Positions 38,617 through 50,175 of a stretch of DNA of 64,000 nt are shown here, one piece after another. The stretch lies in contig NC_042999.1 in the NCBI RefSeq assembly GCF_006345805.1, positions 123,380,001-123,444,000 on the forward strand, given 5' to 3'. The DNA comes from Octopus sinensis. Lineage: Eukaryota. The notes under the pieces are model-generated. The model was not told where the DNA came from, searched no databases, and saw only the letters and a list, made by a program, of their open reading frames with translations. A program made the translations under genes and the position numbers. Each line of letters opens with the position of its first letter. The stretch's first letter is position 1.

Positions 38617-40307
38617 TTCCCACTTAATATTGGTTGGGGTGTTAAAACACAAAATACTGTGATAGCTACATGAGAGAAACTCTCATATTGGCATTTGGTG
38701 TGCATGCATGCATATACACACATGTATGTATGTATAATTAGAAGCCTGTTTAAGTAATTGGGAAAACCACAATTTAAGATAAGGTGCTCAATAACCTATT
38801 GTAGAGCAGAGATATTTGGGAATTCAGATGATGGCACTTACATGACCAGTCGTCATTCTTTTAAATAACAAAATTATCAGCAAGCAAATGAAATGATCTA
38901 AGTTCAAGTTTATAAAGTGTATGATAGGATGGGTGATTGAATTCTGAATAAAATTTGGCTAAACATTGCTGTTCAACATACTGTAGACTATTAGGAGTTT
39001 GAGATAAGTAGATATGGGAGGGCAAGCAGAAAAGTATAGCAGATGGTGCTTAGAATACAGAGAGAGAAAATAAAGAGAAAATGAAATCATGTATGGTTAG
39101 AAAATGGGTTCTCTGAGAGATGCAGGTATGTATGTACGTATGTATGCATATTATATATATATATATATATTTATGAAGTATATTATATGTAGGACATTGG
39201 GAAATACATAGAAAAATAGGTAGTAGACACCATGAAAATGTCAATAATTAAATACTCATTAAAATTTGAATGAAGAATCTTGATTAAAAAATTGGAAATA
39301 AGTACATTAAATAGATAAAGTAAAAAATTTAGCAACATCTGATATTCCAATTTAGTAGTATATAGTTATAAAAATCATTGACATATCAAGAAAAGGATTT
39401 CAGAGATCAGTTTCCAAATAGCCATTAATAAGACCATAAATTAACAAAGATGATAATAATGGTAATAAATAATATGGATAAAAATAAACAATGAAAAATG
39501 ACTATCAAATTTTTAAATTTAAAAAGCCAGTTGCAATCAGAATTTTTATCATGGTTTAAAGTATTGAACTAATATACTGAAAACTATGGAATATTTTTAA
39601 GTGTTTGTAATTGAAAACCATTTCATTATTCATTATATAATAATTAAATTTCAATTATTATAATTGATATTTAATTATTATAGATAATATTTATTAGTAT
39701 GGCTAATATTTAATTAACTATTATAGGTCACATTACTATATGATAAATTTTATGGGGAAGTCGATAGATTGTAGCTTATAAATCATGTGTATTTAAAAAT
39801 TAAATGTTGATATCACTGGCTGGTAGCACAGCATAAAGGAAAAAAGTAAGAATTTCAGCTCTAGATATTGTTAACCAAAATGCTGGTAAATTGTGACACT
39901 CTATGCTAAGAACATAACAGAAATTAAAAATAAACATAATTGGGCTTACATAGATTTCTTATTTTTTTTAGTGTGCATCTGTATTAAACAGAAAAATAAA
40001 TTCTAATGTGTTAAAGAGGGCCGATATGATACCTTTAAGTTAGGGAGGTAATGAAAGTGTTGTGATATATAAAATCATCTAAGTCTGTATTATGTGAAAG
40101 TGTAATAAAAATTAGGTTAAAATTTTGATAAAATTTAGTATTCGGGCAGAATTTATACGTAAGGGAAAATTTTATACACATGCACACACACACATATATA
40201 TATAGTTAAAAAAAAAACAGAGAAAAAAGAAAAAGAAAGAACAAACAAATGTGAGGCCATAGCACAAGCAAGTATTAATATGGTGCTCTGAGAAGGAAGA
40301 GAGTTGT

Positions 40308-40344
40308 TGTTTTATGTTTTGAGTACAGCTCTTCTTCAGAAACA
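40308..40344 (-). ncRNA. Decayed minimal hammerhead-like motif
   Basis: Minus strand reads tgttt CTGAAGA a gag ctgta ctc AAAAC ATA aaaca; matches GAAAC GTA after two CpG-type changes; stem I tgttt/aaaca. Confidence 0.45.
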
Positions 40345-40450
40345 GGAAAAAACAGGAAAGTCCAGAGGGAAAGAAGGAAGAAAAATCGCCAACAGTCCGT
40401 ATGCGGTTACATTTCTGAAGTGACCAGAAGTAGAAGGTGGAATACATACA

Positions 40451-40482
<32 letters not shown>

Positions 40483-40554
40483 AGTATGTATGTATGTATA
40501 TATATATATATATATGAATGTATGTAAATATATATATATGTATATATATGTATG

Positions 40555-40585
<31 letters not shown>

Positions 40586-40676
40586 GAATGTATGTAAATA
40601 TATATATATATATTGGAGCTCCAAAATCAACAATAGCAGCTATTCATGTGTGTGTATGGATATATATATATATATA

Positions 40677-40940
40677 TATATTGTATAGAGGGCATTATTA
40701 CACATAAATGCCTCACACTAGGAGGGACAAAGTCATTACTACCAAAATTATACTAATCATACCCAAATGCAGTTTTTCAAAGCAAGACATTTAAAAAATG
40801 AATTTAGAACTAAATTCATTTTTTAAATGTCTTGCTTTGAAAAACTGCATTTGGGTATGATTAGTATAATTTTGGTAGTAATGACTTTGTCCCTCCTAGT
40901 GTGAGGCATTTATGTGTAATAATGCCCTCTATACAATATA
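40677..40940. repeat. Perfect palindrome, 131-bp arms with 2-nt spacer
   Basis: 40677-40807 is the reverse complement of 40810-40940 by eye; the arm is homologous to 32090-32235. Confidence 0.95.
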
Positions 40941-41073
40941 GATATAATTAATTTGTTCAAAAGAAAAAAATTATTTTCGAATTCTTTTCTTTTATGAGGT
41001 TTTCACGCTAGCTACCCGATAATTTCTTGTTAAGATCCCTTATTAAGAGATTATCCTTAATTGTTAAACTTAT

Positions 41074-41112
<39 letters not shown>

Positions 41113-41188
41113 GGTTTAGCTTAATGGTTCAGAGCACCGTGATGCGTAATCATGGAGGTGTGAGTTCAAGTCTCATAGCTGGCCGCCA
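41113..41188 (+). pseudogene. 5'-truncated tRNA-like sequence (tRNA pseudogene or SINE head)
   Basis: D-arm/A box tagcttaatgg, anticodon stem ccgtga/tcatgg, T-arm gtgag-ttcaagt-ctcat, ends gcca, T6 run at 41193-41198; 5' acceptor strand missing. Confidence 0.55.
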
Positions 41189-41369
41189 ACACTTTTTTCT
41201 GCAAAAGTGGGGTATATTATTAGCATTATCCTGCGTTTGAGAATTTAAAATCACTTCTTTAACTTTCTAAGACATCTCAATGCTTCTAAAGCAAACTTCG
41301 TTTGTTTGTTTATGTTCATTGTAATTTGAATTTATATATATATATATATATGCTTTTCATATACCAAGA

Positions 41370-41880
41370 CCAAACATCACAGTCAAACCAACAAACCGTA
41401 AAACAAAGATTGTAACTTGTTACAACCCACTCTTCAACTTACAACTTGGTACACTAACTGCTAAAATATTCTTCGACTGCCTACACATTTTTGATTCTCA
41501 CACAAAATGCATAATCTTCTCAATAGGAAAGTGTAAAATTAACTTACTCCACCATTAAATATTACCTGATAATAATAAAACAAGTTTTCTCAATAGAAAA
41601 TTGACCAACATGCCAACATGCATGCAATTAAACTGACCTGAACATGCTATTCTAAGATGAAAAGTACCTAACCAAAAAACTATCAACTTCACCATTGTCC
41701 ACATTAACTTCTCAAATCTAACATACAGTCAACATATGTACTTATAAATCTAAGCTATATCTTACAGCCAACATATGCACACTCATTCTGTAGCTGTAAA
41801 GCATGAAATGACACAACACTTTCAGTACACATTTGGTCACTTAATAGGAAGCAATACCTGCTACAGCACATTTAGAAATT
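41370..41880 (+). pseudogene. Very degenerate PLE C-terminal remnant (possibly Naiad/Chlamys-type)
   Basis: Frameshifted traces resembling W.NPPF (tacaacccactcttc), NR..VK..YS, and T..S.HIW.L (acacttttcagtacacatttggtcactta). Confidence 0.35.
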
Positions 41881-41904
41881 GGCACCCAGCAGATGCCAGG
41901 ACCC

Positions 41905-42293
41905 CTGGACTGGAGATACGTAAAAAGCACTATCCGAATCGTGGCCGATGCCAGCGCCGCCTCAACTGGCTTCCGTGTCGGTGGCACGTAAAAAACACCA
42001 TCCGAATCATGGCCGAAGCCAGTGCCGCCTCGACTGGCTTCCGTGCAGGTGGCACGTAAAATGCACCAATCCGACCGTGGCCGACCAGCCTCGCCTGGCA
42101 CCAGTGCAGGTGGCACGTAAAAAGCACCCACTACACTCACGGAGTGGTTGGCGTTAGGAAGGGCATCCACCTGCAGAAACATTGCCAGATAAGACCGGAG
42201 CCTGGTGCAGCCTTCTGGCTTCCCAGATCCCCAGTCGAACCGTTCAACCCATGCTAGCATGGAGAACGGACGTTAAACGATGATGATGATGAT
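41905..42293 (+). mobile_element. Young RTE 3'-tail element with (GAT)n tail
   Basis: CpG-rich subrepeats ggtggcacgtaaaaa; ends aacggacgttaaacgatgatgatgat. Confidence 0.85.
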
Positions 42294-42466
42294 CCTGGGA
42301 AGTGAGTTGGCATAATCATTTGCATGCCAAGCAAAATGCTTAGCGACATTTCATCAATCTTCACATTCTGAATTCAAAAATCACCAAGACTGACTTTGTT
42401 TTTCATTCTTTTGGTGTTGATAAAATAAGTACCAGGCAAGCACTTCGGTTGATGTAATTGGCTTAA

Positions 42467-42987
42467 CCTCTTGACATCGGTTGACGCAAATATGCGATCA
42501 CACTTTTGCTTGCCTACCTGCGGTTAACGTAAATATACGATAAAGCTGCCCTACATCTATCACAGACTTTTTAGCGGCTGACGTATGTTTACATTTGCTA
42601 TTGTGTATTTTATCTCTTGAGGTGTGCGTGCACACCATCCTATGCATTATCTTAGCTATTTTAGGTTACGTTCAAGTCATGAGACTAGGAGTAGACCAAT
42701 GACATGCGGATACTTTACATGCATAACACCGTGTTTTGAGTTGTACCACATGCAAGCTATTTTTTGCACTTGAGCAGAATAACTTATGCAGCATATATTA
42801 TGATAAATAGCTTCACATAGTTCGTTTTCATAAACCGGTAGACTTAAATGTACAACGCTATGTTATTAGAATGGTGAACGTAAATAGACGTGAGCTCATT
42901 GGCATTTGTGTGTTTTCGTGGTCTCATTAGATAAAAAAAAACCAGAGCAGTGTCTCACATGCTTCGGGTAATACCAGCGTCAAGGGG
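42467..42987. mobile_element. piggyBac-type non-autonomous element nested in a family B SINE
   Basis: TTAA TSD at 42463-42466 and 42988-42991; TIRs cctcttgacatcggt / accagcgtcaagggg; SINE sequence continues across the insertion. Confidence 0.85.
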
Positions 42988-43542
42988 TTAACCCTACTCA
43001 AAACTGCTGGTCTTGTGCCAACATTTGAAACTATTATATTCTCCATTTCCACACCTTAATCTGGCAACCAGATGTCCTTTAGATTTGGCAACACAGAAAA
43101 TCTTGAAATTTTAAATTCCTCCACTTAAATGATTTTTAAAAATTCAGAAATTAATCTCAGTGTCCACATGGGCTTCTTTCAGTTTCTGTCAATCAAATCC
43201 ACTTGTAAGGCTTTGATTGAACCAGCATTATAGTAAATAACACTTGCCAAAGTTATCACACAGTGGTCTGAACCTGAAGACACATGGTTGGGAAAGTAGC
43301 AAATACACACTTATTGCTAGGTAGATAGATAGATAGGTATACACACACATGCACTCAGTAGCTTACATACATAAATACATACATGCATACATATATACAT
43401 ACATATATATATAAAGAGAGAGAAAGAGGAGAGAGAGATGTACATATGTAGGTGTATATATAAGATATATTATATAATATATATGCTAATATTTATATAT
43501 AGTGTGTGTACATAGTATATTTATATATGACTATAGATATAG

Positions 43543-43946
43543 GTAGGAGTGGCTGTGTGTTAAGTAGCTTGCTTACCAGCCACATGGTTCTGGGTTCAGT
43601 CCCACTGTGTGGCACCTTGAGCAAGTGCCTTCTACTATAGCCTCGGGCCAACCAAAGTCTTGTGAGTGGATTTGGTAGCGGGAAACTGAAAGAAGCCTGT
43701 TGTATATATGCATATATGTATATGTATGTGTGTGTGTGTATATGTTTGTGTGTCTGTGTTTGTTCCCCCAACATTGCTTGACAACCGATGCTGGTGTGTT
43801 TACGTCCCCGTAACTTAGTGCTTCTGCAAAAGAGACTGATAGAATAAGTACTAGGCTTACAAAGAATATGTCCTGGGGTCGATTTGCTTGACTAAAGGTG
43901 GTGCTCCAGCACAGCCACAGTCAAATGACCGAAACAAGTAAAAGAG
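43543..43946 (+). mobile_element. tRNA-derived SINE, family A
   Basis: Full-length homology to 52717-53106. Confidence 0.88.
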
Positions 43947-44348
43947 TATATATATGATAAGTTTCTTACAATTTATATGCATGTGTGTGTGTGTGTGTAT
44001 ACATACATGTCTGTGTACAAAAGAGTGTGTATGTTGATATTCCATACTTATCACTTTCTGAGCAACACTGTGAGAATATTGGCATTTCTTGTTGACATTG
44101 TAACATGTGACACTGTTGGTGTGGATATGTTTTTTTGAAAAATCTGATTGAAAAAACAGCTAAGTACTTGTGACAGGAAGTGCATTTAGCCTAAAGTCAT
44201 GCCTGAGATAAACTTCCTGTCTACTCCATGCTAGCATAAAAAGCAGATGTTAAGTGAACAAGCAGATATTTACATCTACTCACTGATATACGCATATTTC
44301 TACTTATAAACACACATATATATTGATATATAATAACAAAATATGCAA

Positions 44349-44397
<49 letters not shown>

Positions 44398-45257
44398 CAT
44401 GTAAATATATGTGTGTGTGTGTATCAATCTCACATACACAATGCATGTACTTAATCACCTGCCTTAATTTCTGTAGTATAGCACTTAGGGGAAAAACGTC
44501 CTACTAACTCTGGGTGTCAAAACACCTAAAAATCATAGACCAGGTGAGACAACTCACCTTGGATTGAGCCAAGAGTGGTGGATATTGATATTTTGCCATT
44601 GATGTGGGTTATCAATACTATGACATCATGTAGGTGGATTGAAACAAAGATGTACTGAATGCCTGATCTATGAATATACAGAAATAGTATAAGGACTTCT
44701 TGACGAGTATGTAGTGTTGATAAGCTGCAACAAAAGTAAAATGTCGGTATTGGCTCATGATTGTAAGATCTTGATTTCACTTTCCAGTCGCACATTGTGT
44801 CTTTGATCAAAATGCTTTATTTAATGTTCTCCAGTACCTCTTGTTCAATGGACCAGCATTGTCACAGTTGTGAATCTCTTGAGATTTAAGGTTTTTATGT
44901 CTGTGGAGTGCTCACATACGCTCACACAATAATTTTACAAGTAAGCAGTTCCATTGATTGAATTAACTGGAACACTCATGGTCACAGCCAACAGAGTACC
45001 CAGCCATATGTGTGTGTGTGTATGTGTGTGTATGTGTGTATAAATATATATATATATATATGTATGTACGAAGGTGTGTAAATGTATATATATATATATG
45101 TCAATATGCATATATGCATGTGTGTATATATATATATATATATGTCAATATGCATATATGCATGTGTATATATATATATATACAACTGAGTAGACAAGGA
45201 AAGAAGGGCATTGAACACATTTATTAAGAGTTACAAGTATGGATCAAACAGTTTCAT

Positions 45258-45376
45258 TCAAACTCTTTGGTACTCTGAGTTTCAAGCATGTCGCTAGTTA
45301 TCGGCCATTAGGTGTCAGACTCCTAATAGCCAATGACTAGTTACATGCTTGAACTCAGAGTACCAAGGAGTTTGAT
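45258..45376. repeat. Imperfect hairpin (~55 bp arms, 9-nt loop)
   Basis: tcaaactctttggtactctgagtttcaagcatgt..attagg / cctaat..acatgcttgaactcagagtaccaaggagtttga. Confidence 0.9.
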
Positions 45377-45598
45377 CCAAGCAAAAACACACATACGCAC
45401 ACAGATATATATATAGTGTACTGTTCCATGATGATACAATCAGCAAAAAAGTACTTAATCTGGTCAGCGGTAAATATTATTTAATAAACACAGTATATGT
45501 TTTTATCTGCTACTATTAGTTTCATGTGCTGAGAGCATGTCATACTGTTTCTAACATATCTGGTGTCCCAGTACAATCATCAGACACTGCCCACATGC

Positions 45599-45630
<32 letters not shown>

Positions 45631-46666
45631 CATATGCATATATTTATGTAAAGCAAATATATGCATACATATTTCAATTTGTAGGCCACCATGTTTTACT
45701 CCTACTGAACCAAAATTTTGCATGTTAGCACATTTTTCTAAGGTCAATATTGGACGTTGTGAGAGAGGTTTTGAAATTCGATTGTTTTAGCAACTGATAG
45801 TAAACACAAGGATATTCAATGCCCAAAAGCACAGCAACAGCCATTGGGAAGAAAATTATAAATAAAATAAACATATATTCTCACTTATATATTAACAGAG
45901 CAAACTTAAGGTTTTTATCTCTCCACGCTGAAGACAGAGGCTGAATTTATCCAACATTTATTTGCTTCCATTACAGAACTGAATCTGCCAATATTTTGAA
46001 GTAACTCCATGCCCCAGAAACAGCTGTCATACTTTAATGCCATATTTCTCCCCTATAGTTTTCTGTCTTTGTACATTTCATTTTATTTAAATGTCTACAG
46101 TATTTTGAGAGAAATAATGTTTTCCAGAAGGTAAAAGAAAATACAAAAAAATTTAGTTTTAGTTCAGGTTCCATGGGATATTATGTAGATTAACTTCAAC
46201 TAATATCAGTATTACATAGCAGCAATAATACTGAAAGAATCAGCATTCCTGGACTAACTGAAGATTACTAGCTTCTTTTTAAAGAAATTTATTCAAACTA
46301 ATGATTTTACATCAGTATACATTTTAGTATTAATAAACTTTAGCAAGGCCAGTATGGTTTCAAATGTATACATGCATGTATGTATGTGTATATAAACATA
46401 TTTATGTGTGTGTGTGTGTGTATACATATATTCATATCTATGCATGCATATATATATATATATATATATGTCAATATGCATATATGCATGTGTGTATATA
46501 TATATATATATATATATGTATATGTGTGTGTATATGTATATACATATATGTATGCATATATCTATATATATGTATATATATGTGTGTATGTATATGCATA
46601 TATATACACACATATATATATAAATAAATAAATGGAGTTTAACACAGGTGTAATTCAAATTCTTTT

Positions 46667-46755
46667 ACTTCTGACACATGTTTCGAAGATATCACTAATA
46701 TTACTTCAAAGGAATAAAATGGTGTAAAACAACGTAATCTTCTCTTCAGGGAAGT
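46667..46755 (-). ncRNA. Type I hammerhead-like motif with long stem II loop
   Basis: Minus strand reads acttcc CTGAAGA gaagat..atcttc GAAAC atgt GTC agaagt; core intact, one mismatch at the base of stem I. Confidence 0.6.
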
Positions 46756-46967
46756 GAAGAAATGAAACTCATCAATAAGACATTTTAACAGAAAATGATG
46801 GATATGTATTGGGATTTAACTGAACGCTATTAATATTGTTTGAAAAAACGTTATATGATATATATAAGGTTTTATTTAATATACATATAGTCATATACCT
46901 CTCATTTATTTAGTTTTTCTTTAATTTATCCCTCCTCTTTCTATAGGCTACCTCTGACATTATATCA

Positions 46968-48135
46968 TATGGTGTAGTGGTTAAAAGCACGGGCTACTAA
47001 CCCCAAGATCCCGAGTTCGATTCCAAGCAGTGATCTGAACAATAATAATAATAACAACATCGAAGAATACCTTAGGAATGGGAACCCAGGTTCTAAATTT
47101 CCCCAAGACACCTAAAGAAGGCTGGAGGGTATATCAGCTGAAATGTTGTGTTAACAACAAACACGATGAGGACAAATATCCGTCAGATGTAAATAATGTA
47201 CATAATTCCTCATCTCTTAAATATAGGACTGTATTATCTAATCAGTACGGAGCCGACATTAGACTTCAATGGAGATATATAGAGAAGCTCCATCAAAAAC
47301 TAGCTCGTCTTTCAAACCATCTAACTTTCTTATATAGACGTAGAGACTCAAGGCTAAAACCACCTGGCATGAATATAATGACACCAGTCGATTCACATAA
47401 AGCTAAAAGAGTAGCGGAATGGGCAGGACATGCCCTTGTCCGTGAGAGGATCCATTACAACCGTTGGAAAAAACATCCACTAAATAATGAAATCAAAGAG
47501 AGGTTATCCTCATTACTTAGAAAAATAACCAGAGATGATAGAAAGAGAATCCAGCAAGATCTGGAAAAGTCGTACATGAAAGAATTTGAAGTGGTGAAGA
47601 CATGCCAGATTAAGAAGTTTATGAAACTCAAAGGTCAGAGAATGAAGACTGAAATCCATCACCCACCAGTGAAAGCAGTAATTAATCTAAGTAGCCGACA
47701 TCTAGAAAGCTCTGAAGAAGCAGTACTGAACAAAGGTCTCAACTTTGTGACAACCATCAAGCGCATTCCATACATGGACATAATAGCCCCTATTGAAGAG
47801 ATAGCCGTAAAGATAACAAAAACTCAGGGAGATGAACTAAGGTGGAAAGTGAGACAGGTACTAGGAAAAGCAAAAACTCCTAAACCAAACATCCCTAAAG
47901 AAGAAAATTTCGCTATCAAAAGACTACAGAGTGACAATTCCATCATATTACTTCCAGCAGACAAGGGAAACGCTACAGTGGTGATGAACAAATCTGACTA
48001 CTATGAAAAATTGGCAAGTCTTATAAGCGATGGTAGCTACAGCAAAGTAAAGAAAGACCCTACTTTGAAAACAGAGAGGAAGTTGTCACAGATCTTGATC
48101 AAGAACAAGGATCACTTTACACCAATGAAATACAG
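46968..48135 (+). mobile_element. 5' portion of a Penelope-like element: terminal repeat plus N-terminal ORF
   Basis: tRNA-like head 46970-47030, decayed hammerhead ~47106-47152, then the PLE ORF; homology ends at ~48135. Confidence 0.85.
47078..48135 (+). CDS. Penelope-like polyprotein N-terminus (truncated before the RT core)
   Basis: NHLTFL, VINLSSRHLESSEEAVLNKGLNF, KPNI.KEE..AIKRL, IILLPADKGNATVVMNKSDY, KKDPT (typical Penelope/Poseidon-type motifs). Confidence 0.85.
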
Positions 48136-48342
48136 ACATATATATTCTAACCTATATATTCTGATAGAAGACGTTTTGTTATTACTGTTATTATTAACAG
48201 ATATATGTGCAGAACAAATGATAATGACTCACAATGTTGTTTAAGGGAGAAAAAGAAAATACATAAGATGATTTGGCTTTAGCTGTCATATAGTAAGGAA
48301 TAAACAAACAAAACACAAGATAAAAAAGATCACAAGATTTAC

Positions 48343-48388
48343 CTGGATTTGCTGATTCTTCAAAGCTTAATGGATTAATCAGAGTGAA
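48343..48388 (-). CDS. Weak candidate micro-exon
   Basis: Minus-strand ctctctatgtatattgttag acceptor, FTLINPLSFEESANP, CAG|gtaaat donor. Confidence 0.2.
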
Positions 48389-48842
48389 CTAACAATATAC
48401 ATAGAGAGGTGACCTGCTAAACTACAAGCTATTCTCTTTATGAGGGATATCAAGTGCATTTTATTTACCTAACATAATAATCAATGTAACAGTGTACTAT
48501 ATTATGTGTGTGTGGGGTGCAGACTCAACAGAACAGGAGAGTTGCTCAAGAGGTCACAGGATGTGTGATGAAAGATTTCAGACAAAGGACACTAAAATAA
48601 GAACAATAATAAAGCTAAAGTAAAGAATGAGTATATAGTGTGTATATTTGGCAAAAAACAATGACCATCCCAAAATATAACAAAATATATATATGTATAT
48701 ATAAGAGATAATGGTGTCATTGAGACCCAAAGGTGTCAGGTAATGCTGAATAAGTGCTACAGACAGACCATAGTTAAGTTCCAGATTCAGTAATATTGTG
48801 AATAAAGGGTTCAACGTTGGTTCTATGTCCGTGTGTGTATAT

Positions 48843-49283
48843 AAGAATTTTTTGCATAATAAGATAAAAAAACCAAGGCTGTATAGATATTAGAGCATTT
48901 ATAAATAGAAGGTCTTACAGCTGTTTAAAAATCTGCTGGATCTCACTCATAAGGGTATCTTACATAGCTTATAAACTCTATATTTGGACTTTTGGATTTT
49001 ACTCAAAGGATATTGGAATATTGCATATATACCATTATGCCTATAAAACGGATTTACAACTTCAATAACCATACATATCTTACATCTATTTTCTCTCTGC
49101 CACTTCACTCTCTATTTGTATCACATCTAAACTAAGTATGACTTAATTTTCCTCTCACACCATCTCAGATGAAAGGATATTATTAATTCATATCCTAGAA
49201 ACAGCTGTAAGACCTTCTGTCTATAAATGCTATAATATCTATACAGCCTTCGTGTTTTTATCTTATTATGCAAAGAATTCTTT
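48843..49283. repeat. ~85 bp inverted repeats with a hammerhead-like motif (PLE terminal-repeat remnant)
   Basis: 48843-48926 is the reverse complement of 49198-49283; 49163-49212 reads tct CAGATGA a aggatat..atatcct a GAA ACAGCTGT A aga. Confidence 0.75.
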
Positions 49284-49308
49284 TTATATGTGTATGTATG
49301 TATATATA

Positions 49309-49343
<35 letters not shown>

Positions 49344-50175
49344 AGTTGAAACCTATAGAAAAGCAAAAGATGAAGACAGGTGTATGAACAAGCAAGTGTA
49401 TTAGTTTGACGGTCGGGAAAAATGAAAAAGTCTTTTTTATGTTTTGAGCCTATACTCTTCAACAGAAAGGAATAGAAGAAAATAAACAGAGAGAGTGAAA
49501 AAAAATTTGTTGATTTCAGTAGTCCAGCAAGGCAAATGATTGGAAAAAAAAGAAGTTGAAAGAAAAGGAGTTAATAAAAAAGAGGTTGAATGAAAGGGAG
49601 ATAATAAAGGGCTAGTGATCCCAACATGAGAAGGTATCATGTGTGTGTGTGTGAATGTGTTTGTGTGTGTGTATTCTTTTATTCTTTTACTTGTTTCAGT
49701 CATTTGACTGTGGCCATGCTGTGGAAAAAATGTGTTTCACCTTGAAACACATACATAGGTGTATGTAGACACACACACACATGGTTGGTGTTTGGAAGGG
49801 CATCCAGCTGCAAAAACCAAGCCAAATTAGACTGGAACCCAGTGCAGCTCTCCAGTTCATCAGCTCCAGTCGAACTGTCTAACCCATGCCAGCATGGAGA
49901 GCGAACGTTAAATGATGATGATGATATATATATATGTATATATATACTTATACATGACAGGCTTCTCATTGCTCCTGAATGGGATTTGGGGTAAATTGTC
50001 TCACTTTTCTATGATTTTCTGATGTCTTAACACCTAGTGCTTCGAGAAAGTCATCCCCATTGCACTAAACTGCAGCCTATCAGCAAACTACTACATTAAA
50101 AGGCATTGAATATGTGTGGTTGATAATGTCTACAACACTGGTGCTGTTTCTAATTCATATTTGAATATATACATA

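Noticed and set aside
41920-42125. Repeat-spacer-like pattern (ggtggcacgtaaaa units) resembling a CRISPR array
   Set aside because: The spacers are homologous to each other and belong to the RTE 3' UTR subrepeats; eukaryotic context with no cas genes.
46970-47030. Functional tRNA gene
   Set aside because: No acceptor stem pairing; it is part of a repeated PLE terminal module.
48136-48244. C-terminal part of the 388-aa ORF
   Set aside because: Read-through into unrelated flank after the PLE truncation.
48343-48413. Longer 71-nt minus-strand exon using the ttagcag acceptor
   Set aside because: Stops in all three frames; only the 46-nt version stays open.
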